DNA of 63,305 nt, counting the filler, from Saprolegnia diclina VS20 (taxonomy: Eukaryota), in NCBI RefSeq assembly GCF_000281045.1. It is 8 parts of one record of this genome, joined end to end, with 100 filler letters (N's around TTAATTAATTAA, not from the genome) between each part and the next. Parts side by side here need not be neighbours in the genome. Positions count along the whole stretch, not along the records: positions 1 to 29,506 come from NW_008246111.1; 7 more parts are not named here. The stretch is one strand, 5' to 3'. The notes below the pieces were generated by a model. The model was not told the DNA's origin, did not search any database, and worked only from the letters and a program-made list of their open reading frames with translations. The translations under genes were made by a program, and so were the position numbers. Numbering within the stretch: position 1 is the first letter of the stretch; each line of letters begins with the position of its first letter. This document shows positions 1 to 9,224 of this stretch, piece after piece.

Positions 1-293
1 GACGATCCAGGCCGACGACTCGCTCGTGTGGTGCAACTACCTCGGCGGCAACGACAAGCCGATTCCGCGACCGCTCATCGACCAAGAGACGCTCATGAAG
101 AAGCTCGTGTCGGCCTATTGATTGTTTCGTGTACAAATAATAGTGTGTTCATTGTACTAGTATTTCTACCACGCCGAAATGACGGCCACCAATCAGGTGG
201 ATGCATATACGTCACGCCATCGTTTCGGTCGTATCCGGATAGGTTTCGCGCCACGGTTCTCTATCTTTGTCACAAGTCATTCGGAAACCCACC

Positions 294-2030
294 ATGCTGG
301 CCTCGATCAAAGGCGCGACAGGCCAAGTGATCAAGGTCCACCCGCAGCCAACGACAGGCCAAGTGATCAAGGTCCAATCGCCGCCGACGGCCGAGCAAGC
401 CCACCCCGAGGCCCCCAACGCCATCACGTGCAAGGTCAACGACGTGGCGGTGGCCGAAGTCGCACCGCGCGACTGCGCAACTGCCTTGCATGTCTGCTGT
501 CACGGCCTTGTGAGCGTCATGGCCGGGCAGTACTATGGGTGGAACGCCGCCTTGGCGACGGGCTTTGTGCCCTATGTCGCGTCGCAGCTCGTCATGAGTG
601 TCACGTACGTCATCTACATGTCGTGCGCGGCTGAAATATGCGGCAAAATCGCCTTCTCGGGCGGCACGTACGGCTTGTCGCGGGTCACCTTGGGGTACTA
701 TTGCGGCTACATGGTCGGGTTCCTTGAGCTCCTCGAGTACACAGCGTCAACCGCCGTCTCGGTCCTCTTTATTGGCGAGCTTTTCACGAGCGACCTCGGC
801 TGGGACAAGCGCTTCGAGCCGTTGATCTGGCTCGCTTGCTATGCATCGTTCGTGGCATTTTACTCGCTTCCGGGACGCATCATGTGGAACGCTTCGATAG
901 GCTTTGCACTGCTGTGCTATGCCCCGGCCGTGCTCTACATTTTTGGGAGCCTCAAATTCGCCAACCTCCGTCAATTTGGCTATTTGTTGGACCCGGTCGA
1001 CAACACGACGCATGTCTGGGCCTCGGGAGATATCTCAAGTGCATATTTTGCATGGCTGCCGTACACAACATGGGCATTTGCCGGCATCGAGTGTCTCTCG
1101 CTCGTGACCGATATGACGGTGCAGCCAAAGACGACGATTCCGCGCGGTATCCTTGGCGCCGTCGCCCTCCTCTTTCTCTCAAACGTCGGCATGGTGTGCC
1201 TTGTGCCATCGCTGCCCCCAGGAATTGCGGCCGCGACGACGGTCATGTATCCGCTCAACAACGGTCTCGCGATGGCGTACGGCATTTCTGAAGGCGTTGG
1301 CACGTGGCTGCTCTTGCCCGCGCACATGGGCATGGCTGCTGGGTTTGTCTTGCCATGTGGGCGATTGATTCAAGCGCTGGCCGACTCGACGCTGCTACCG
1401 CCATGGCTCGGGCTCAAGAATTTGGGGCACCGCGGACTGACGCGCGCCATGATCCTCTCGTGTGGCTTTGGCTACGTTCTCTGCATTTTGAGCTACTTTA
1501 GCCAGGACTTTTGCAGCGCACTCCAAAATATGTTTCTTCTCGTTGGCTCGTTGTGCTATGGCGCCCAGCTGCTCGGGTTCATCTTGCTACGGACAACGTA
1601 CAAGGCCGAAAGCAACGGGTTCAAAGCCCCGTTTGGCTTGACCGGCGCCGTCTTTGCCATGGTCGTTTACAGTCTGCTAGCAATCTCGATCATTGGTGGG
1701 TTTCAAAATGATCATGGCACGGCGGGGCTCGCCGCGCTCGGGTACTGCCTCTTGCTGACGGGGTACTACTACTATGCGTGCAAGGACCGGCAGACCATCT
1801 CGAAAGACGAATATGCCTCGATTTTCCGCTTTACCATCATTAAATTCAACAATCTCAAACGAAAAGCCGCGCGACGCGTCCAGCGCAAGCCCCGTTTCTG
1901 GCACAAAGTCGTGTCAATGCTACGGTCGTCGACGCTCCTCTCGACCAATCGCGTGAGCTACATCAACGTTGGCGTGCGCCAAGGGAGCGCACCACGTCGC
2001 CCGGCACCGCCCTACCCCGCAACACGATAG
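294..2030 (+). CDS. APC-superfamily amino acid/polyamine permease (ethanolamine-permease-like), intronless
   Basis: About 12 hydrophobic segments and the motifs GQYYGWN, FSGGTYGLSRVTLG and PYTTWAFAGIE. First ATG is at 294, just after an Inr-like TCATTC (278-283); the ORF track's start at 267 is a TTG. Confidence 0.85.
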   Translation: MLASIKGATGQVIKVHPQPTTGQVIKVQSPPTAEQAHPEAPNAITCKVNDVAVAEVAPRDCATALHVCCHGLVSVMAGQYYGWNAALATGFVPYVASQLVMSVTYVIYMSCAAEICGKIAFSGGTYGLSRVTLGYYCGYMVGFLELLEYTASTAVSVLFIGELFTSDLGWDKRFEPLIWLACYASFVAFYSLPGRIMWNASIGFALLCYAPAVLYIFGSLKFANLRQFGYLLDPVDNTTHVWASGDISSAYFAWLPYTTWAFAGIECLSLVTDMTVQPKTTIPRGILGAVALLFLSNVGMVCLVPSLPPGIAAATTVMYPLNNGLAMAYGISEGVGTWLLLPAHMGMAAGFVLPCGRLIQALADSTLLPPWLGLKNLGHRGLTRAMILSCGFGYVLCILSYFSQDFCSALQNMFLLVGSLCYGAQLLGFILLRTTYKAESNGFKAPFGLTGAVFAMVVYSLLAISIIGGFQNDHGTAGLAALGYCLLLTGYYYYACKDRQTISKDEYASIFRFTIIKFNNLKRKAARRVQRKPRFWHKVVSMLRSSTLLSTNRVSYINVGVRQGSAPRRPAPPYPATR

Positions 2031-2435
2031 TCCGATACCTCAGGTTGCGTATTTGTGTAGTATCTTTGTATAGCACCACAATGAGATCTCTATTAGACTC
2101 ACTTTAACAATAAGATCTCTATCGTATATGCAGTGTTTTGTGGTCGACTAGTACGTGACACGAGGCACACGGCGATGACGCGCGTGCATCATCGCCGAGG
2201 TTGTCGGCATCGAAATGCACACGCAATGTCGATCTTTGCGGCTTGGGGCCCTTCTGCCAGTGGCTACTTTGCTTGAAAACACCACGCCAGTCGTTGCAAA
2301 GGGTACCGAGACAGGCTCGTCGGAACCCGGGGTAGGGTAGGGGTAGGGTATCAAATACCAAAAAAATGCAAAAATGATATTGTTTATCGCGAATCGGTCG
2401 CTTGTGATTGGTAAACGCATGCAAGAGAGACGTTG

Positions 2436-4121
2436 TCATTTCGGTGCGATCGACATCCGACGGGGTTGGCTCAACCGCGAGCCGCGGTTGACGCCGACGT
2501 CGACGTAGCTCACGCGGTTGCTCGAGCTGAGCGTCGAATTCGACTGCAGTAGTGAAATGACTTTTGTCCACTGTGACGACTTGCGCTGATTCTGGCGCGT
2601 CATGCGTCGCTTCATGTTGTTGAACTTGATGATGGTAAACCGAAAAATCGACGCGTACTCGTCCTTCGAGACTGTCTGCCGGTCCTTGCACGCCACGTAA
2701 TAGTAAAGCGATATGACGACAACATAGGCCAGGTACGTAAGCGCCGCAACACCGTCGTCGTCTTGAAATGCCCCGAGAATCGAAATCGCCAGGATCCCAA
2801 AGCTCCCGATCGCGAGCACGGCGCTGCCTATGCCAAAGGGCGATCGATACCCGTGGCACTCGGCCTTGTACGACGTCCGCAGCAGGATAAAGCCAACGAG
2901 CTGCGCTGCATAACAGCCGCACGCTGCGAGCATCGCGAGGTGGGGCAAGGCTTTGGCGAAGACTTGAAAAAAATAGCTCAAGACGCAGAGGACGTAGCCA
3001 AACATAGAGGCGATCGTCACCGCCTTCCACCGCCCTGTGTACGCTGCGCTCTTGAGACCGAGCCATGGCGGCAACAGCGACGAGTCAGCGAGCGCTTGCA
3101 CGAGCCGGCCGCTCGGACGAAGAAACCCCAGCGCAGCACCCACATGCGCGGGAAAGACGAGCCACGCACTCGACGACGCCGAGAGGTCGTACGCCAACCG
3201 GAAACCATTAGTGAGCGGATACGCGGCCGTCGCAGCGCTGGCAATACCAGGCGGCAGCGACGGCACGAGGCAGACGATCGCAAAATTTGATACAAAGAGG
3301 ACGCCGATGCAGTAGAGCATACCCCGGGGCACTGTCACCTTGGGTGAATTGGTCATATCGGTCACGAGCGAGAGACACTCGACGCCGGCATATGCCCACG
3401 TCGTGTACGGTAGCCACGCGAGGTACGCACTCACGATCGTACCCGATGCCCAGACGCGCTGCATCCGGTCTTGCGCGTCCGCGTAAGCCCCAAATTTTTC
3501 GAGATTTGCAAGTTGGATCGTACCGCCAATGAAGAGGACCGAGGGCAGCAGACTCAGTACCGCCAAGACGACGACCAAGGGCCACAAGAAGCGACCGGGC
3601 AGCGCCACGCAGCCAATGCAGACAGAGTACACAAACAGCCATGCCAACAGCGCCCACTCGGCGCTCAAATCAAGCGTAAACGTCAGAAAGCGTCCTAGGT
3701 ACACGATCGAGACGCTCGATGCCGCAATGTACTCGAGGAGCTCGAGGCAGCCGACCATATACCCCACATAGTACCCCAAGGTGACCCGCGACAAGCCGTA
3801 GACGCCACCCGAGAAGGCGATTTTGCCACACACCTCGGCTGCGCACGAGACGTAGACGACGTACGTGAGCGCCATGACGAGCTGCGAGACTGCAAATGGT
3901 GCAAAGCCCGTCGTGAAGGCGACGTTCCAGCCATAGTACTGCCCGCTGAGGACCGTGAGGAGCCCGAGGCAGCAGACGTGGAGTGTGTTGGCGCGGTCGC
4001 GCGGGGCGACGGTCGCCGCGGCCACGTCATCGACGCGCGTTGCGAGTCGAATGGGCTTGGGCACCTCGGTTGAAGCCTTGGCAGCTTCCGCCGGCCGCAC
4101 TTGAATGGCAAGGCCCCCCAT
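2436..4121 (-). CDS. APC amino acid permease, paralog of 294..2030 (convergent pair)
   Basis: Same motifs as the first permease (GQYYGWN, FSGGVYGLSRVTLG, PYTTWAYAGVE) and a shared C-terminal CKDRQTxSKDEYASIFRFTIIKFNN. ATG at 4121 lies downstream of an Inr-like TCATTT. Confidence 0.85.
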   Translation of the reverse strand: MGGLAIQVRPAEAAKASTEVPKPIRLATRVDDVAAATVAPRDRANTLHVCCLGLLTVLSGQYYGWNVAFTTGFAPFAVSQLVMALTYVVYVSCAAEVCGKIAFSGGVYGLSRVTLGYYVGYMVGCLELLEYIAASSVSIVYLGRFLTFTLDLSAEWALLAWLFVYSVCIGCVALPGRFLWPLVVVLAVLSLLPSVLFIGGTIQLANLEKFGAYADAQDRMQRVWASGTIVSAYLAWLPYTTWAYAGVECLSLVTDMTNSPKVTVPRGMLYCIGVLFVSNFAIVCLVPSLPPGIASAATAAYPLTNGFRLAYDLSASSSAWLVFPAHVGAALGFLRPSGRLVQALADSSLLPPWLGLKSAAYTGRWKAVTIASMFGYVLCVLSYFFQVFAKALPHLAMLAACGCYAAQLVGFILLRTSYKAECHGYRSPFGIGSAVLAIGSFGILAISILGAFQDDDGVAALTYLAYVVVISLYYYVACKDRQTVSKDEYASIFRFTIIKFNNMKRRMTRQNQRKSSQWTKVISLLQSNSTLSSSNRVSYVDVGVNRGSRLSQPRRMSIAPK

Positions 4122-4382
4122 GTTGGGCTCGTGCACGAACGAAAGCGCCAAATGACCTTGCCAACAATGTATATATATTTCTATATGGGACTATTCTTGG
4201 CCAACCAAGAATAGGGCTACGATCTTGCTTGATCGTCGTACGTTGTTGCGACAACAAGCTGCAAGGACGTCCTGCTCCATGAACTCGCCGGGTGCTGCGA
4301 ACGCCGTTCTTACCTCGCGCAAGAGGACACCGAGGAGCCACGGCTGCGGATGTTATAAAGAACGGGGCGGAACCATGGTAAG

Positions 4383-4487
4383 AGCGAAATGGCCGGCATT
4401 AGTCGCCAAGTAGTACTTAGCGACTGATGGCGGCCATTTCGCTTCGCCTCAACCGTTGAAGTACTTAGTACTTCAACGGTTGAGGCG
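4383..4487. repeat. two adjacent palindromes (30-bp arms with 3 mismatches; perfect 21-bp arms)
   Basis: 4383-4412 pairs with 4414-4443, and 4445-4465 is the exact reverse complement of 4467-4487. Confidence 0.9.
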
Positions 4488-4797
4488 CACGTTGGTATCA
4501 AGGCCGTAGTGCTCCGTGGAGACTCGTACTTGATCATAGACTGTGGCTTGAGATTGTCATGGATGACTCTGTTATAATAATTCTGGTTAGCGCAACTGGG
4601 TTTCTAGTTGAGTGTCGTCCTTTTGTACTCGGCAGGATCACCCCAGAACCTCGCTGCATGCAGTTGAAGTGGCGTGTCGCAGACGCCGTGGCAGGAGATT
4701 CGGCCTTGTCCGATTTTAATCCATAAAAGTCCTATTTAGATCCTACAACAAGGACATCGCCGCATCTCGACATGACCAGTGGCCGATTTGGCGCAGC

Positions 4798-5960
4798 ATG
4801 GCCGGCGTCGCGATCGAGATGGAGACGGACGAGAGCAGCACGTCGTCGGACGCGGCCGTCGGCGGCGCCATGCGCAGCGGCCTGCGCTCGATGGTCATGC
4901 GGCTGCGCTTGCAGAACCCGATCGTCGGTTCGTTCCCGCGGACCGTGCCCGTCAAGGCCGTCGCATCGGCGTCCGACAACCTCAGGTAGACAACCGCAGC
5001 ACGAATTATGGCATCGGATGCTACGATGTAGCTTGCTCATGGACGTGACGGGGTACGTCAAGGAGGCGAAAGAGCAGCTGGACCAGCACCGATCGCCGCA
5101 GGCCAAGGTCGCGACGCTCACCAAGTGGGCCATGTGGACGTGGGTGCCCAACCTCGTGCGCTCGAGTCTTCTCGGCAGTGCGACGTGGGCGAGCTACGAG
5201 CTCACGACGAATGCGCTGACGCCATCGCAGACGCCGCAGGTACGCGCCCGATTCGACTCGAAACAACCAGATCCTCATCGATGATCGTAGAACGTGGTGG
5301 CCTGCACCTTTGGCGTTGCGCTTGTCGCTGGCGGCGTCGCCGGCGCGCTGCACGGCTCGCTCTGGACAGCGACCGAAGAGCTCTTGGTGCGCATCAAGCA
5401 GACCGCGTCCGGCTACAGCCTGCGGGGCGTGCTGCTCAGCCACACGACAACGCATGTGGCCATGTTTAGTTCGTACGAAGCCACCAAAGCCACGCTGCTC
5501 GAGTCGGTCGTTCCCAGCGAGCACAAAGAAGTACGTCATGTAGCGATATATCCCACGCTAACGCTATGCTAGGATCGTTCGGCGGTAAACCGATGCAATG
5601 ACGGCCACCGCGCCTCAATTTCCTGTAGGTGGTGACGGGTGCTTGCATCGTCGCGGCGGCGGCGACCTCCGGTCTTGTCGGTGAAGTCGTGACGCACTAC
5701 ATTGCGCCGTTCGAGCAAGCCCCCTTGTACGTACCTATGCAGTTGCTCGAGAGCATCACAGTATGTCGAATGGACTAGTCGGGCCAGTGTCAAGGAAGCG
5801 GCAGCACTCGCACGGCCAACGCTACGGGGCATGGCGCCGTCTGCCTTCTCGACGCTGCTTGGTACAGAACCCTGCAGCGTTCGCTGGTGGACAGATGTCT
5901 CTTCTAGGCTGGCTCGCCTACGAGTTTGCCAAAGACATGGTCGACGACGCCTCCGGATGA
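4798..5960 (+). CDS. divergent mitochondrial carrier (SLC25)-like membrane protein, 7 exons
   Basis: Manual GT-AG splicing gives an open frame with three carrier-like helix ends (ATWASYELTT, AMFSSYEATK, GWLAYEFAK) and Gly/Ala-rich helices (AGGVAGALHG, AAATSGLVGE). Includes a 12-nt exon at 5573-5584. Confidence 0.55.
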
Positions 5961-6620
5961 TGCTCGTCAGCTTGTCGAGCAACCGTCGTAGGGGTAGGGT
6001 CCATACAGTGCACGATAGAGACAAATAGAGGATCCCTTGGGTGTCCACAAGTCCCACCACCGACGAAGCATCCGTGGACACACTGTACGTTCCCACGAGT
6101 AAGCTGATGCAACGTGCTAGCAAGGGCCCACAGACCGGTTGTTGGCCCTTGACGCTACGCCCCGAAGTCAGGAGCGCGATGGCCGGACTGCCTTTGCACA
6201 AAGCACATGAGGCGCCGTCCGCGCTATGACAGCAGCTTGAACAGTACCGTCATAATGGCTGGCACTGGTGCAGGAGCAAACGTCCGGCTGCAGGCTGGAC
6301 AGTTGCATGAGATGATCGCACTAGTTGAGGTGGGCGAGATGTTCGTGAAGAGGCGCCGGTGACTAGCCCAAGAATGAGTGGCAAGGCTGCGTCTACAGCC
6401 CTGGTCCAGTCCAGTCGCCTCTCGCCAACGCTGTTGCATGAAGGAGATGCGATGCTACTGCGCCGGCTCCTCCAAAGGAAGAAGCAAAAGGTATTATTTC
6501 TTGGGTCCATCATAGGACGCACCGACTAGACACAATTTGACATATCGACTAAGGCACACGTGTAGTATATATAGTTGTATTTATCCAATCTCAAGTTTGC
6601 GAGCGCAACGTTTGGTGTGT

Positions 6621-8124
6621 TTAGTCCTTGTTCTTCTTCTTCTTCTTCTTCTTCTTGTCCGACTCGACGACGACTTCTTCCTCTTCGACCTCGACGTCCT
6701 CCTTCTTGGCCTTCTTCGACTTCTTGGACGACTTGTCTTCGCTCTTGCGCTTCTTCTCCTTCTTGAGCGGCGCGGCGGCCGCCTGCTTGAGCGCGTCGGC
6801 GACACCCTGCATGACATCGAGGTTCTTGCGCGGCGCCGCGCCCGACTCGTAGAACGCAAGGCGCTCTTCGACCTGCTCCTTCATCTGGTCGCCGTACTTG
6901 GTCGTCGGCTCGTCAATGAACGAGTCGATACGCGACGCAATCGCGCACTTGTTGGCGAGGTAGCGCGAGATGCGGCCCTTGTTCTTCGAAGCCGCGCGGC
7001 CGATGAAGCTCGAGTGGAAGAGGAGACCGTACTTGGGCGTGTTGCCACGGGTCTTGAGCGCACGGAAGAGCGCCTTCTCAGCACCGAGAATCTGCACCGT
7101 CGACGCCGGGCACTTGGCGAGGTTCGTGAGCGAGCCGGCGTGCGAGATGAGGCGGGCACCGACCGTCTCGCCGATGAGCGCGGCAAGGTTGGGCGCGACC
7201 ACGCTCATCTTGGAGACGAGGTAGCCATGGAGCTGGCGGCGGTACTCGGCGAGCTTGATGAGGCGCGTCGTGAACGCATCGACGTTGATCATGTCGATCT
7301 CCGACATGTCCATGCCCATGGATGTGCGGGCGGCGTGGACGATCTGCGTCGCCTTGTCCTCGTCCATCGTGATGGCGGCGAGCGCCTCGACCGAGTCGTC
7401 CGAGAGCGTGTTGCGGTTCTTGATGAACGACGCGCAGCGGGCGTAGACGTAGTTGTCGTTGACGATCTTGACAAGCTCGGGGAAGTGCCACGAGTACCAC
7501 TCGCGCACGCGCATCGCAAACGTGTTGACGTCCTTGTCCATCTGGTCGAGGAGCGCGATCGCTTGGATGATCATGTTGTCGGCGCGGTTGACGTTGAACT
7601 TGACCTTGGCACGCGAGTACGAGTGGCCGAGACCGAGCTGCGCCTTGGCGAGGTTGCCGTTGTCAAGCTCCTTGATAAACTTGGCGAAGTGGAGGCGCAC
7701 GCCACGGAGCACCTCGAGCGACGTCTCGTTCGTGTTGCAAGGAATCTTGAGCGCATCCGTGAGCGACTGCGCGAGGCCCTTGTCGGTCAAACCGAGCGTG
7801 TACTTGGCCTTCTTGGACGAGCTCGGGAGGTTCATCTCGAGGAACGCCTTGAGGTCGTCGGTCACGAGGCCTTCCGAGATCGCGTTGATGTTCTCGAGCG
7901 CCGACTCGGCCGACGTGAACGGCGAGAACGCCTTGAGCTTGACGGCCGCGCCAAACTTGGCGAGGTCCTGGACGCCCTTCTGGACCTGGTCCAAGAGCTG
8001 GCCAATCTGCTCGGCCTCGACGACTTCAAAGAGAGCGTAGCCCGAAGCGGACTCGAAAAGCACGAATTGCTGCGACTACGGACACAATAAGACCGCTAAG
8101 ATTTCGGCGATCCGGACGCACCAT
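6621..8124 (-). CDS. NOP56: nucleolar protein 56 (box C/D snoRNP core); exon 1 is ATG only, intron 8076-8121
   Basis: Motifs [68 protein letters not shown] and [17 protein letters not shown], plus a KKE/D-rich tail. Confidence 0.95.
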
Positions 8125-9224
8125 GTTGAGATTGCACTTCAAAACTACCAGTGAAATCTAAGGCGCAATGGCCCAAAATGGTTGGCTGGCCACCAGCAAG
8201 CTCTCGCCTCCAGACAAAAACGTACGGCGCTCTCAAGTGCGATGCGCACTTTACCGGGATTCGCCGTGGCACATGCCATTTGTAAGCGCACATGGTGGGT
8301 GGACGCACTGCAGTACAAGTCGGTCGAGAGAGGTAAGACGTTTCCAGTAGCGTGCCATGCGAGCCGGCGGACGATCGTGGACGAGCACGAGGTGTGAACG
8401 ACCACCAAAGGAGGTTTCGTGTGGCATATGCCGATTTTAACAGGCGCGCGACCATTGGATGGGTCAGTAGCGTGTTGTACGGCGAGCAGAACGACGTCAA
8501 GGACCTACAAAGAGTAGTGTTTGGGAAGAGCACATTGGCTAGACATGGAGCGAGATGGAGGTAAGGTTCGTTCTCGTAGGTAGTGATGTGGGTATCGGCC
8601 AAGATCGTGCCTCTCTAGGATCCAAATTCGGCAGCGGACTTTAGCGAATCGCACTTGAGCGAGCCTTCGGCTTTAATTGTTTAAAATAAAGCTGCATTTT
8701 ATTGCCGTGGCAGTTGGTTATATTGTGTGTTTGTATCTTCTTGAGCGTTGGGCGGATTAAAAATGTGAAATATTTTTTAAACACACGCCGGTGGGTCTTG
8801 GGTTTTGGCGCGCCCATTTCAGCGCCTTCGACGCCATCGCCACCGACCAGCAGTTGACGCCCGACGGCGACTCGAGCACCGTCGCAAACTAGTAGAATAA
8901 ATAAAAGGCTAGTAGGTATAGACAATAATGTACACTCGTGCTTGGCTGCCTTCTTCAATCCCACGGTACACCAGGATGCCACTATCCAAGGGCATGTCAT
9001 GCCAGTATCCAACGTGCAGACGAGGCAGCTCTATCTACTCGTACGACGACTAGAGTCATCGCCGCGCAAAATAGTCGGCTTTAGGAAGCGTCCAGCGGAA
9101 GAGATGACTCTGGACGAGCAGACAATGTGTCCAAACACTCGACCAATGGCACGTCGTCTCCATCGTTAACAATCGTCCGCGGTCCACGCCAAGCCACAGA
9201 TTTAGCGGGTATAAGCCGGAATAG

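Noticed and set aside
2055..2066. GTGTAGTATCT match to the U2 snRNA branch-pairing region
   Set aside because: Only 11 nt match, with no flanking U2 sequence or structure; it lies in a 3'UTR.
6537..8090. 517-aa ORF antisense to NOP56 (similar ones opposite the chitinase, 28044-29558, and the phosphate transporter, 51825-53117)
   Set aside because: Shadow ORFs caused by strong GC3 codon bias; no motifs of their own.
8862..8893. GC-rich hairpin followed by CTAG|T, resembling a Helitron 3' end
   Set aside because: The hairpin is imperfect and only 4 nt from CTAG, and no 5' end or second copy is visible.
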